Below are positions 1-9,566 of a stretch of 48,147 nt of DNA, piece after piece. The notes under the pieces were generated by a model, which was given only the letters and a program-made list of their open reading frames with translations, did not search any database and was not told the DNA's origin. Source of the stretch: a virus (taxonomy: Duplodnaviria > Heunggongvirae > Uroviricota > Caudoviricetes); IMG/VR virus record IMGVR_UViG_3300012663_000707, positions 70,897 through 119,043 of that record; one strand, 5' to 3'. Made by a program: the position numbers and the translations under genes. Every line of letters starts with the position of its first letter. The first letter of the stretch is position 1.

Positions 1-129
1 AGCGAATTTACTAAACTCAAATTTTACATCTGGGTTATTGAATGCTCGAGTCAAGTCTTGTGCGCCTGATGCGAATGCATACATAGTTCCACCTTGGATC
101 TGGGGTATTCTAACTAGAGGGGTTGCCAT
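1..129 (-). CDS. 5' part of a probable virion structural protein (MATPLVRIPQIQGGTMYAFASGAQDLTRAFNNPDVKFEFSKFA...), runs off the window edge
   Basis: Manual translation: ATG at 129, open to position 1, directly downstream of the 188-aa structural gene. Not in the ORF track. Confidence 0.75.
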   Translation of the reverse strand, partial: MATPLVRIPQIQGGTMYAFASGAQDLTRAFNNPDVKFEFSKFA

Positions 130-148
130 TTAGTTCCTTTTAATTTAT

Positions 149-715
149 TTAAGCGATAGTTGCCGCGTTAGATGCCATAATAAACCATTTGTTATTAAAA
201 CATCTTAATGTTACAGTTGAGTTTAATCCGTCTAATGCGATTGATGTTGCACCTAAAGATGCACCAGCCGCAGCGATGATTGCGTTTGCAGTTGAACCAA
301 CGTTGATGAACGTTACTTCTTGACCTTCTTGTCCCGCAGGAATTGTGAAGTTAGAGTCAATAAAGTAAGTAGCTGCCTCGATTGAAGTTGGAGCGTTATT
401 AGTAGTTGCCGAAGCAGCACTGCCAACAGTTCCACTTTTTACAAGTTTACCATCGATAACCAATGCACCGTTACATGTAACATCCACATCGAATGTTGCA
501 CCAGTTGCATCTACGTTAAGGAATTGAGTAGCACCTGCGCTAATGTTTAATGATTGAGTACTAAGACTAATCAATCCAGATAAGATCCCGGTTGTAGGAT
601 CAAGGAAAGAAGTGATAGATGCGATCTCATCATTCAAAAGCTCAAAGTTCATGTTGATCACCGGTCTAGACGATGAAACCGAATCTGTTCCTAGAATTTC
701 AGTAATGTTTGCCAT
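149..715 (-). CDS. Probable virion (tail/baseplate-associated) protein, 188 aa
   Basis: Ser/Thr/Ala/Gly-rich beta-strand-like composition, inside the structural operon. No family recognised. Confidence 0.55.
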   Translation of the reverse strand: MANITEILGTDSVSSSRPVINMNFELLNDEIASITSFLDPTTGILSGLISLSTQSLNISAGATQFLNVDATGATFDVDVTCNGALVIDGKLVKSGTVGSAASATTNNAPTSIEAATYFIDSNFTIPAGQEGQEVTFINVGSTANAIIAAAGASLGATSIALDGLNSTVTLRCFNNKWFIMASNAATIA

Positions 716-724
716 TTTTGTTTT

Positions 725-3448
725 TTATTTTACTTTTATCATGTTTCGTCTTACGACGTTAGTATTTCCATAGGTATCTTCCGCATTTAATTGAATGGAA
801 TAATATCCAGTCTTTTGAAATACGTAGGTTAACCACATACTATTATAGTATATATCATTAATCTCTGGGTTGCTTTCATTAACGATCTTCCACACTGGAT
901 TCTTCATTCCGGCCATCTGGCTTGAATCAACTGCAAATGTTAAGTGTGTTGATTTTTCAACTTCAGCAAAATCCTTAAAGATTCTCATATTGTCAAACGT
1001 CGGGTTATAGCAAACTGCATGTACTTCGCCTGAAATTAAACCGTTAGGTGTTAAAGTCACAGACTCAAAGTCATAAGTTTTAGAATAACCTTTAGATACT
1101 GCTTGGATATATTTAACATCATAGGTTGAAGAGCCTAAATCTTCATAAATTACATTGTAAATAAATTTACTAATCACAGCATCAGTAGACGCATTCAGTT
1201 CAGTTGTAATTGCAGTCCAAGCAACTAAGTCACCATAACCAGTTGGTGTCGCTGCAGTTACTTCATGCAACCCAGTAACCAATTGGTTGGTTGTATAATT
1301 AAAATGTTGGATATTTAATTCATCGCCAGACTCAATCCAATCTATTTTAAATGATGCCGCTAAATCAGCGCCAACTCTAGTTGCATCCCATGTTAGGTGT
1401 TTAGTATCGTTCCATCCATATTCAGATAATTCCCATCTATAAGGACCTGTTGTTTCAGAAAAACCAGTCTCAGAAAATGGATCTGCATATCTTCTTACGA
1501 TTGAGAAATTAAGACCTTGACTTTCATCATGTATATAGTTAGATCTATCCAATGTAAGATAGAGTGAAGCAATTGCATCTTCAATTTTAGTTTTGCTATT
1601 TTGTGCATTGTTCCAGTATCCACCTGCTTTATTCCAGCTAGGTGTCAAATCATTCCATCCGGTTGACTCTAACCACTTGTAGACACCATATAATTCAATT
1701 TCTTTAACTCCAACAGTGATAGCTTCTTTCTTTCTATAATGTGATCTATGGCCATATAAATCATATAAGCGCATCTCCACTTCATAGTTACCCATATAAG
1801 GTAATACTAATGGCATTTGAATGTAATAGTAATCTTCGTTTGAATTAACAATCGGACCTCTTGCTGTAAATGAATATCCATTTGGACCTGTTACAACCCA
1901 TTCTACTTCATATACCCATTTTTTCCACCAGCTAATCCAAGTAATTCCAGGATCTAAAGCATCATACCATGTGAATTTAGCTTCGTCCCATATATCATCA
2001 AAACTAGGTACTCCATCTAATATGATTGGACATCCTACTGGAATTTCATCATTCCATGTTGACAAGTCTCTATCATTATATGATTGGTAAAAATCTTCAA
2101 AGATACTACGCATTTCAAAAAAGTCAGCCTCATTTAAATTTGCATAACCACCAAACGGCATATTTAAGAAATAATCATAGTTACTAGCAACATCATTTTG
2201 ATCTAATGTAGTTCCATACACCAGTGCTAAATCTTCAATAAAGAAACTTCTATTTAGCGGTAAGTTTTGAAATGCTATTTTATGTCCTTCGCTAAAATAA
2301 GCAATAGGGTTCTGGTTATTCCAAACGTTAATACTATTTTGTGTATAAAAATCTGCCTCTGCAGTAATATCTATAATTTTAGCATTTAAAGGTAAGTATT
2401 CCTTTTGTAATTTATTTTTTAAACCATATAATTTAATTAAGATCTCATCAGGTGTAAAATCAAATACTTCTCTTACAGTCGGAAAGTCCCATTCATCGAA
2501 TTCACCAGTAGGTTCATTTAATTTATAAACCAAACTGAATCTACTAGTTTTCTTCATAGTACTTGAAGGTACTTGAAGTGCCATCTTTTTTCTGGTTAAT
2601 TCACCAGCAGCAGAAGCATTAGGAACTGGAATTGCATATAATTTACCGAAAGAATCCCCGGCAGAATCTATATTCATCCAGTATTCTTTTAAGGTTAATG
2701 TGTTATAGCCAAAAAAGTCAATCGCATTTAAGATTGCTTTATACGTTCCAACGAATGGTTTGATATTGTGTAACTCAAGTAAGAGTTCTTTTCTTTTCTG
2801 GTTTAACAAGATATAATCTGGTGACATCTCGGTAACATCATGTTCTCTAAACAAGATAAAGTCACCTTCATCTAATGTAGCACCAAAGTTATCTAATAAA
2901 ACTTTAAGACGTTCATCTTCTGCTACAACTTCACCATAAAAACTAATCTTAGCGATTAATGTATCTATAGTACCGTCATTTGCATAAACATTTAAAGTAC
3001 GTTCATGTCTACCATCATTTTCAGATTTTAAAGCGATATTTAATTGAATCGCAGTTGGCGTCTTTTTATTTAATACTTTAAATCCATTTGAATCAATTGA
3101 ATCTACTTCAGACCAGGCAGATAATACTTTTTCATCAGTTGCTAAAATACTAACAGTAGGAATACCATTTTCTAATTTAGCAGTATACATCATAATGTCA
3201 GTTGATGAATCTACTATATCTTCCCATCTAAATTTAAATTTGTATGTAGAATTACTATCAGCCAACGGAGTATTAAAAGTAACGTCACCTAAATAGGTAC
3301 ATTCTTCCAGAATAAAGACGTTTGCAGTCTCATATAATCCGGTTGATACTTCATCTAAATAAACAGTTCCGGTCCAGACACCATTAGTATCTTGAACCAA
3401 GTTCATATCGTATTCAGTACCTCTAAAAAATCTTAAGTTATTGTACAT
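725..3448 (-). CDS. Baseplate wedge protein (T4 gp7/P2 gpI-like segment) with C-terminal PKD/Ig-like domain
   Basis: PFVGTYKAILNAIDFFGY resembles the gp7/gpI wedge motif. Follows the gp6 homolog. C-terminal YVFQKTGYYSIQLNAEDTYG is PKD-like. Confidence 0.6.
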   Translation of the reverse strand: MYNNLRFFRGTEYDMNLVQDTNGVWTGTVYLDEVSTGLYETANVFILEECTYLGDVTFNTPLADSNSTYKFKFRWEDIVDSSTDIMMYTAKLENGIPTVSILATDEKVLSAWSEVDSIDSNGFKVLNKKTPTAIQLNIALKSENDGRHERTLNVYANDGTIDTLIAKISFYGEVVAEDERLKVLLDNFGATLDEGDFILFREHDVTEMSPDYILLNQKRKELLLELHNIKPFVGTYKAILNAIDFFGYNTLTLKEYWMNIDSAGDSFGKLYAIPVPNASAAGELTRKKMALQVPSSTMKKTSRFSLVYKLNEPTGEFDEWDFPTVREVFDFTPDEILIKLYGLKNKLQKEYLPLNAKIIDITAEADFYTQNSINVWNNQNPIAYFSEGHKIAFQNLPLNRSFFIEDLALVYGTTLDQNDVASNYDYFLNMPFGGYANLNEADFFEMRSIFEDFYQSYNDRDLSTWNDEIPVGCPIILDGVPSFDDIWDEAKFTWYDALDPGITWISWWKKWVYEVEWVVTGPNGYSFTARGPIVNSNEDYYYIQMPLVLPYMGNYEVEMRLYDLYGHRSHYRKKEAITVGVKEIELYGVYKWLESTGWNDLTPSWNKAGGYWNNAQNSKTKIEDAIASLYLTLDRSNYIHDESQGLNFSIVRRYADPFSETGFSETTGPYRWELSEYGWNDTKHLTWDATRVGADLAASFKIDWIESGDELNIQHFNYTTNQLVTGLHEVTAATPTGYGDLVAWTAITTELNASTDAVISKFIYNVIYEDLGSSTYDVKYIQAVSKGYSKTYDFESVTLTPNGLISGEVHAVCYNPTFDNMRIFKDFAEVEKSTHLTFAVDSSQMAGMKNPVWKIVNESNPEINDIYYNSMWLTYVFQKTGYYSIQLNAEDTYGNTNVVRRNMIKVK

Positions 3449-3720
3449 TACTTCGTATTAGTGTCGTCTTTTTTGACGGTATAATTTTTAAAATTCTTTA
3501 AATGTCTAATCCCACCCATAAGTTCATATAGGTAATCATTGACAAATATTAAGAATGCTCTAACAGTTGAGTTTCTTAGCAAGTGTCTAGATAGATTCTT
3601 TTCCATCAAGTTGTCTTTATAGTTATTTGGCGCATAAAGACGTACATCACTTCTGGTTTTAACAGAATCATAAAGCTTTGCTTTTTTATAACCAAATAAA
3701 TTATCGAATAAACCAGCCAT
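3448..3720 (-). CDS. Small baseplate-associated protein, 90 aa
   Basis: Stop/start overlaps with both neighbours, between gp6-like and gp7-like genes. Confidence 0.6.
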   Translation of the reverse strand: MAGLFDNLFGYKKAKLYDSVKTRSDVRLYAPNNYKDNLMEKNLSRHLLRNSTVRAFLIFVNDYLYELMGGIRHLKNFKNYTVKKDDTNTK

Positions 3721-5549
3721 TATTTAAGTGTTTTTCTTGTTCCTGATTGGATTCTAGTATAAATCTTATTAGAAACTGTTTCCGTATCAAAGTTAACACT
3801 TAATGCTGCTTCAGCATTAATTAAAGCGTCATCAATAATTACGTCACCTTCTCTATCTTGCCAGCCGCCTCTAAATACAGCAACTTCGTCTTTCTCCATT
3901 ATAATATCACCCCATTGGTCTAGACCTGCAATATCATACGGTATTACGGTAGCTTCAGTTACAGGAACTTTAGTCACAGTATCTACCTTTTTAAAGAATA
4001 CATATTTTTGTTTACCGTTACCAATACTTTCTAAAAGTACAGGTTCTTGTGGTGAAACTGTAGATGTGATTGATTCATAATAACCCAATCTTCTAGCAGT
4101 CTCTTCAGTCTCTGATATAAATCTAACGTTTACTGCATCAATACCATCAATCGCTTCTAGAATATAAATAATATCCGACTTTGGTAATTTATCTCTTCTA
4201 GTTACGTTTAATAAATATTCAGAAACTTTAGTACGGATTTGGTTATAGATCTCTTCTTTAGTAAAACCTTCAAAGTATCTAACATTAATATCCATACTAT
4301 ATTTTCTAACTTGTGGTTTAACAAAACTAACTTCAGTTGTCACCATCATTTGCCCTGAATCTTGCAATACTTTATACATTGCATCATATTCAGATTGTGC
4401 AAAAAACATTTCTTCTTGTGGAATTGAAAAATAATCTTGTCCAGAACCTAATTTTCTTTTAACATCCGGCACTGCAAAAATATAGATAACGTTATCATCA
4501 TCTAAATAAGCATCATCTGTGCTATTATAAGCATCGATGTAACTAAAAATACCATATCTTGATAAGAAGTACTCATAGTTATCTGGAGACGCTAGTACGT
4601 ATGACTTAGAGGCCATTGGTGTTAATATCTTTGTGAATCTTGTAGATTCTGCATCTGAACCCATTTTAGGTGCAGATGTCACAGTTACATCTAAGAAATC
4701 ATCTAATTTAATAAAATTGTCTAAAGAATCACTTCCTTCATCTACCCATTTAATTGTAATCCCGGACGCATCTGCTAAATTACCTTTAGTACCTTCGTGT
4801 TTTAAATATTCAACATTGATTTTAGAACCTCTAACTGGAACCATTCCAAAGTTATCATTTCCAAAATAAACATCTAATCCATTAGAGATTGCAGTCTTAA
4901 CCATGTATGCTTTTTCGTTTGCATTCATATCATAAAGTGATACATGCTTAGTCCAAGTCTCACCGTTTACTGCAACTTGGATTCTATTATGATCAGTTAA
5001 GCCTTTTGTTTTAATATTAAAAGATTGCATTTTTTCACCAGTTGATGTAACAACTTGTGTTTCAAATGTACCTTGTACAAATGGAATTGTTAAAGTACCA
5101 TTATAAGATTTGTCAATTTTAAATGCATCTTTGTCACTTAATAAAGTATAAGTAAGACCGTTACTATCAATTGAAAATTGTGCTTGACCTGAAATAATTA
5201 ATGTACTACCGCCGATTTTACTAAAATCAACTCCTGGTTTCCATCTTAATTGAAGTTCACCGAAAGCTGCATGGCCTCTAGTTGCATCATGTCCTGCAAG
5301 TCTAGCAAGTCCATAAATAGATTCAGGTTGTTGTGCAGTATAGATATTTTGTTCTACTGTTGAATCTTCGATATAGAACATTAAAAGTTCACCCATTTCA
5401 GAAAGAACTGAAAGAATCTGTGCATAAGGTGATGCTTCCGTGAAAAGTGTATTTGCACGACCATAAGCCCTAGCAATATAAGTCTTGGCATCGTTACGAA
5501 TACCAGCTGCAGTTACCCTTAGCTTATTTAGAAAATTAAGTTCAGCCAT
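3720..5549 (-). CDS. gp6: Baseplate wedge subunit, T4 gp6/baseplate J-like
   Basis: N-terminal EASPYAQILSVLSEM...EQNIYTAQQPESIYGLARLAGH matches the gp6 pattern. GSDAES and LASPDNYE match the gpJ/gp6 core. Adjacent to gp25. Confidence 0.85.
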   Translation of the reverse strand: MAELNFLNKLRVTAAGIRNDAKTYIARAYGRANTLFTEASPYAQILSVLSEMGELLMFYIEDSTVEQNIYTAQQPESIYGLARLAGHDATRGHAAFGELQLRWKPGVDFSKIGGSTLIISGQAQFSIDSNGLTYTLLSDKDAFKIDKSYNGTLTIPFVQGTFETQVVTSTGEKMQSFNIKTKGLTDHNRIQVAVNGETWTKHVSLYDMNANEKAYMVKTAISNGLDVYFGNDNFGMVPVRGSKINVEYLKHEGTKGNLADASGITIKWVDEGSDSLDNFIKLDDFLDVTVTSAPKMGSDAESTRFTKILTPMASKSYVLASPDNYEYFLSRYGIFSYIDAYNSTDDAYLDDDNVIYIFAVPDVKRKLGSGQDYFSIPQEEMFFAQSEYDAMYKVLQDSGQMMVTTEVSFVKPQVRKYSMDINVRYFEGFTKEEIYNQIRTKVSEYLLNVTRRDKLPKSDIIYILEAIDGIDAVNVRFISETEETARRLGYYESITSTVSPQEPVLLESIGNGKQKYVFFKKVDTVTKVPVTEATVIPYDIAGLDQWGDIIMEKDEVAVFRGGWQDREGDVIIDDALINAEAALSVNFDTETVSNKIYTRIQSGTRKTLK

Positions 5550-5563
5550 TTTATTTTGTCTTT

Positions 5564-5917
5564 TTAAGCATTTATGCTTATCATATATTTACTATCGATA
5601 ATTATATCAATAAAGGCAGAGTCTCTAACTTCACCTCGTTGAAACATAACATCAACTTTTACATTGTATTTACTAAATAACGGACAATACGCAATCATTT
5701 GTGCTTGAATATGCGATGTCAATTGATTTTCATTAAAATTAAGCGTATATAAAACATCTTCTAAATTACAACCCAAATCTGGTGAACCTAGAATATCGCC
5801 CCTTTTAGTAAATAAAATCATCTCGATCTGTGCAATTAACATTTCAATCTCACTCTCGATTTGAATTTCATTCGGTAAGTAATTGGGATCTCCCGTTGTT
5901 TTTATATACAGTTCCAT
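5564..5917 (-). CDS. gp25: Baseplate wedge subunit, gp25/GPW-like
   Basis: IEMILFTKRGDILGSPDLGCNL matches the gp25 'L.T.pGER...P.fG..l' motif. Size 117 aa. Confidence 0.85.
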   Translation of the reverse strand: MELYIKTTGDPNYLPNEIQIESEIEMLIAQIEMILFTKRGDILGSPDLGCNLEDVLYTLNFNENQLTSHIQAQMIAYCPLFSKYNVKVDVMFQRGEVRDSAFIDIIIDSKYMISINA

Positions 5918-5938
5918 TTATCTATATATTTTGTTTTT

Positions 5939-6784
5939 TTAGCTATGGAACATCCAGTCCACACCTTCGTCACCTTTGATTTCTTCTTCAATTACAGATA
6001 ATTCATCATCACCCATCGACTTAATAGCATCATAATCAAACTCAACGTTACCAGGTAATGCGAATTTAAAGATACCTAATTTAGCACCTAATGATTGTTT
6101 GATTTTAGCTGAACAATATCTAAAAAAGATTTCATCGTTGAACAGTGCACAATCTGGAATTGTCTCATATACATGAAGTACAACGTCACCTTTAGGTGTA
6201 TCACCCATGATCTTTAAATCACCTGTTAATTGAGAGTAATGGAAAGATACTGGATTTTCCAAGATCATTCTTGACATATCTATTAAAGATGCGTTAAGTA
6301 CATAATATTGTAATTCTTCTGCAGTGTCAGAAATACCGGCACCGTTGTACATTCTACTGAATAACATTTTTTCTACCGAGAAGTCACTACCTGATTGGAA
6401 ACGAAGGTCCATTCCACCGCCGATTCCATTAAATCCACTGGCTAAATCATAAAGTCCAAAAACTGAATAAACTTCGCCGCCTCCAGTTACTGGATCTGGG
6501 CCAGGAAGGGTTAGTGTTCTGTTATTTTTAAAATAATCAGTATCAAATACATCCTTAGGAATTACATAATAGTTTTCTGCAACGGAATACTCATACTTTT
6601 TATAGAACCATTTCTTAGCTCTTTTAATGATATTCATAATTTCCTTTTGCGGAAGTTGAATCGGAATCATACATGCTCCTGTAATATCATCTCCTAATTC
6701 TTCTAGGAAAGCATTTAAACAATTTTCATCATAACCTCTAGGTGTATTTAAACCTTGTTCATTACCACTTCTGATTTCACTCAT
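5939..6784 (-). CDS. gp13: Neck protein, T4 gp13-like
   Basis: N-terminal 'IQLPQKEIMNIIKRAKKWF' and C-terminal 'RYCSAKIKQSLG..LG.FKFALPGNVEFDYDAIKSMGDDEL' follow the gp13 pattern. Confidence 0.75.
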   Translation of the reverse strand: MSEIRSGNEQGLNTPRGYDENCLNAFLEELGDDITGACMIPIQLPQKEIMNIIKRAKKWFYKKYEYSVAENYYVIPKDVFDTDYFKNNRTLTLPGPDPVTGGGEVYSVFGLYDLASGFNGIGGGMDLRFQSGSDFSVEKMLFSRMYNGAGISDTAEELQYYVLNASLIDMSRMILENPVSFHYSQLTGDLKIMGDTPKGDVVLHVYETIPDCALFNDEIFFRYCSAKIKQSLGAKLGIFKFALPGNVEFDYDAIKSMGDDELSVIEEEIKGDEGVDWMFHS

Positions 6785-6788
6785 TTTA

Positions 6789-8096
6789 TTATCTTATTTT
6801 TTTACTTGTAACAACTTCAGTATCTTCAAATCTAGCGTTTGGTCCAACCATACCTTCTCTAAAGATTCCACCTGTCATTCTTCCTTTAAAGATACCATCT
6901 TTACCGAAGACATAACAGTTAATTACTTCACAACTACCATGTACATATGAAGATTCTATTTTAGACTCTTTAATTTTGGTACCAGCGTAGAAATTACATC
7001 TAATTAAATTAGCACCTTTCACGTTTGAGTTATAAAAGTTAGAGCGTTCGATATTACCACCAACTTCACAATCAAAAAATTCACAATTTTCTAATAAATA
7101 AGAGATTCCAAATTTACCATCTTTAATCTGAATTTTACTAATATCGGTATCGTAATTGACAACACCTTTTTCTAACCCGCCGTTAACAATAAGGTTCATC
7201 ACTTGTTGTTTAATTCTAGGCCAGTGCATTTTTATAATCTGATCATGTTGTTGTAGATCTACTAATAAATGAATACCAGGCCAGTTCTCATTAAGCTTTT
7301 TATAATCTTTTAAAGCCTCAACAACCGGTAGGTTTTTATTTAGGATTTTTCTTAATTCGATTTTATTCTCTTCAGTAAACCTAGGATCTTTACAAGAATC
7401 CCACATTTGCATCAAGAACATTTCAGTTAAATGAAATATATCATCTTGTTTCTTCTCGTAATTTTCACCACCTAAGTATCTAAACTCTAAGTAATTCTTT
7501 TCTTTCTTAGAGAAGTTAATTCCGTAATATTTTGTATCTGCAAATTTGTAACTATTAGAAGCAATGTTGTTACCATCAAAGAAATATGCTTCATCTTTAG
7601 GCATAACCCATTTAATAGATTTTGCATAAACTGATTTCTCTCTATTTGGAAAGAATTTATAGACTTGCTTTTCGTTAAAGTCTAAAATAAATTTAAGGAC
7701 ATTCATCTTAGAAACCATTGCTGGATCTTCTAAGTATTTTTTATCGAAAGATAAATTAATATGGATTGACGCTCTATCATTGGTATATCCGTTTTCTTTA
7801 ATCCAATCTAGAACTTGTATGATCATAATCCTTGCATTCCTATAAGGAATTGCACCGGTTACTAATTCAAGTAGGCCTTTACCACCCGACATGTCAGGTT
7901 CGATCTTGAATATTTTATCAGAGGGTTGAAATTCTGAATGGGCCTTAGTCTCTAATCTAATTTCTCGACCTAGCAACTTACTTAGTTTATCACAAGTAGT
8001 TTCTAGGTCGAGATTAGAATAGAATTCGAACTCAACGCCGACTAATGCAGCGTTAAGAATTGATACGCGATTCGAATTATAGGTTAACTTTTGCAT
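6789..8096 (-). CDS. Putative amidoligase (COOH-NH2 ligase type 2, glutamine synthetase/GCS fold) with C-terminal beta-helix-like repeats
   Basis: Motifs GVEFEF, IEPDMS...LELVT, SIHINLS, KYYGIN, YLEFR. C-terminal N/S/C-F repeats. Confidence 0.7.
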   Translation of the reverse strand: MQKLTYNSNRVSILNAALVGVEFEFYSNLDLETTCDKLSKLLGREIRLETKAHSEFQPSDKIFKIEPDMSGGKGLLELVTGAIPYRNARIMIIQVLDWIKENGYTNDRASIHINLSFDKKYLEDPAMVSKMNVLKFILDFNEKQVYKFFPNREKSVYAKSIKWVMPKDEAYFFDGNNIASNSYKFADTKYYGINFSKKEKNYLEFRYLGGENYEKKQDDIFHLTEMFLMQMWDSCKDPRFTEENKIELRKILNKNLPVVEALKDYKKLNENWPGIHLLVDLQQHDQIIKMHWPRIKQQVMNLIVNGGLEKGVVNYDTDISKIQIKDGKFGISYLLENCEFFDCEVGGNIERSNFYNSNVKGANLIRCNFYAGTKIKESKIESSYVHGSCEVINCYVFGKDGIFKGRMTGGIFREGMVGPNARFEDTEVVTSKKIR

Positions 8097-8121
8097 GCTA
8101 TAGTATGATATTACTTTGTTT

Positions 8122-8129
8122 TATATATC
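8122..8129 (-). promoter_or_regulatory. Late-type promoter GATATATA (amidoligase, gp13)
   Basis: Recurrent intergenic octamer. Confidence 0.6.
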
Positions 8130-8148
8130 ACACTCTGCATGTCATAAA

Positions 8149-9459
8149 TTATTCTGGTAGTTTAAGAAAAACTTTATTTGTTTCTACTTCAATTCTTGTA
8201 ATCTGAACTGTGATTTTATCTCCTATTTTTGAAGAAGCAATCATATCTTCACCGACTTCGCTAACATGTAGTAAACCTACAACGCCTTCTTCGATAGTAA
8301 CGAATAAACCGTATTCTTTTTTGCTTTTAACTTCTACTTCAACGATAGCAGGAATCTGGTATCTTGATGCAATAGTTAACCAAGGATTAATAGTATCGTT
8401 GATTTTTTGAGTCAATGTGATTTTAGTATCTGATACAATATCTTTCACTTTAAACTTAATGTCATCACCGGGTTTAATAGATCTAGATTTAAAGACCTTC
8501 ATTGTTTCTTCATCCAAATCATTTACGTGGATCATACCAGTTAAACAACCGTCGAATTCAACAAAGACACCATACTTAGCGGTACCTGTAACTTGACCTA
8601 CGATTTCTTGTTCGATGTTTTCTCTTAGATCAGCAATAGTACTTGGAATTAAAGCTTGCAAATATTTTCTATGTGAAACCACTAGAGTACCACGCTCCGG
8701 AGAGAAACTTACTGGAACTACATACATTTCTTCACCAATAATTGATGTAAAGTCATGTAGTTTATTGATACCTGCTAATGAACCTGGCATAAAACAGTCA
8801 ATGCCCATTACAGTTACGATATAACCACCGCCTTCGATCATACTACTTACTTTACCAACCCAAGCTGTATCTTGTGTATCGATTGCGTTTCTAAGGTCTA
8901 CAAACGTTTTCTGTTTAACACCACCTGAAATACTTCCTAAGATATGTGTGTTAGGTTTGTAGTTAGTAATTAAAACTGCAGTCTCTTCACCCATTGTTAG
9001 AGCCTTGATATAATCAGGTTCACGATCATATTTGACATAGATCAATTCACGGTAACCGATGTCTACTGTAATCCATTCACCATTGATTGCGTAAACTTTA
9101 CCATCGTAAATTTCACCTGCACTAATTTCAGTTTTAAGATTTTGTTCTGAGACATGACCTTCCATTAAATCATAAAGTTCTTGAGCATAAGATGCACGTG
9201 AGTAAACCTTGTCGCCATTTTTTGTTTTAATGTGTGGATTACCTTTTCTTAGAACAGAAGGGCAAGAAGATTCATACTCTGCCCATTTAAAAGAACCATC
9301 TTCATTGTACCATTCGTTATGGTCATCCAAGATCGGATTCTCTTTTTTAAATTTGATTGGATCGAAATCCTGACCTTTTGATTTTGTTGGTTGTTCTTTA
9401 ACAACCTCATCTACCAACGCAACTTGTCCAGCGCGTGGTCTTTTGTTTTTTTGGTTCAT
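8149..9459 (-). CDS. rpsA: Phage-encoded ribosomal protein bS1 homolog, four S1 domains plus N-terminal extension
   Basis: Four S1/OB repeats: GEIYDGKV..VDIGY; GGYIV..CFMPGSL..VVSHRK; YGVFVEF..GMIHVNDL; YGLFVTIEEGVVGLLHVSEV. These align by eye with bS1 D1-D4. Confidence 0.85.
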   Translation of the reverse strand: MNQKNKRPRAGQVALVDEVVKEQPTKSKGQDFDPIKFKKENPILDDHNEWYNEDGSFKWAEYESSCPSVLRKGNPHIKTKNGDKVYSRASYAQELYDLMEGHVSEQNLKTEISAGEIYDGKVYAINGEWITVDIGYRELIYVKYDREPDYIKALTMGEETAVLITNYKPNTHILGSISGGVKQKTFVDLRNAIDTQDTAWVGKVSSMIEGGGYIVTVMGIDCFMPGSLAGINKLHDFTSIIGEEMYVVPVSFSPERGTLVVSHRKYLQALIPSTIADLRENIEQEIVGQVTGTAKYGVFVEFDGCLTGMIHVNDLDEETMKVFKSRSIKPGDDIKFKVKDIVSDTKITLTQKINDTINPWLTIASRYQIPAIVEVEVKSKKEYGLFVTIEEGVVGLLHVSEVGEDMIASSKIGDKITVQITRIEVETNKVFLKLPE

Positions 9460-9487
9460 TTATTTTTATATTAAAAGTGTAACATAT

Positions 9488-9495
9488 TATATATC
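9488..9495 (-). promoter_or_regulatory. Late-type promoter GATATATA (bS1)
   Basis: Recurrent intergenic octamer. Confidence 0.6.
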
Positions 9496-9526
9496 CTCTT
9501 ATTTTTGAAAATATTTTCAAAAAAGC

Positions 9527-9566
9527 TTTTTAGTGTCAATCTTTTTTATTATATTTACACTGTTAC
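9527..9566 (+). promoter_or_regulatory. Early-type promoter core in + orientation, antisense to the baseplate operon
   Basis: 30 nt identical to minus-strand copies 1 and 4 (TGTCAATCTTTTTTATTATATTTACACTGT). Lacks the upstream GTTAATAAC box. Confidence 0.65.
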
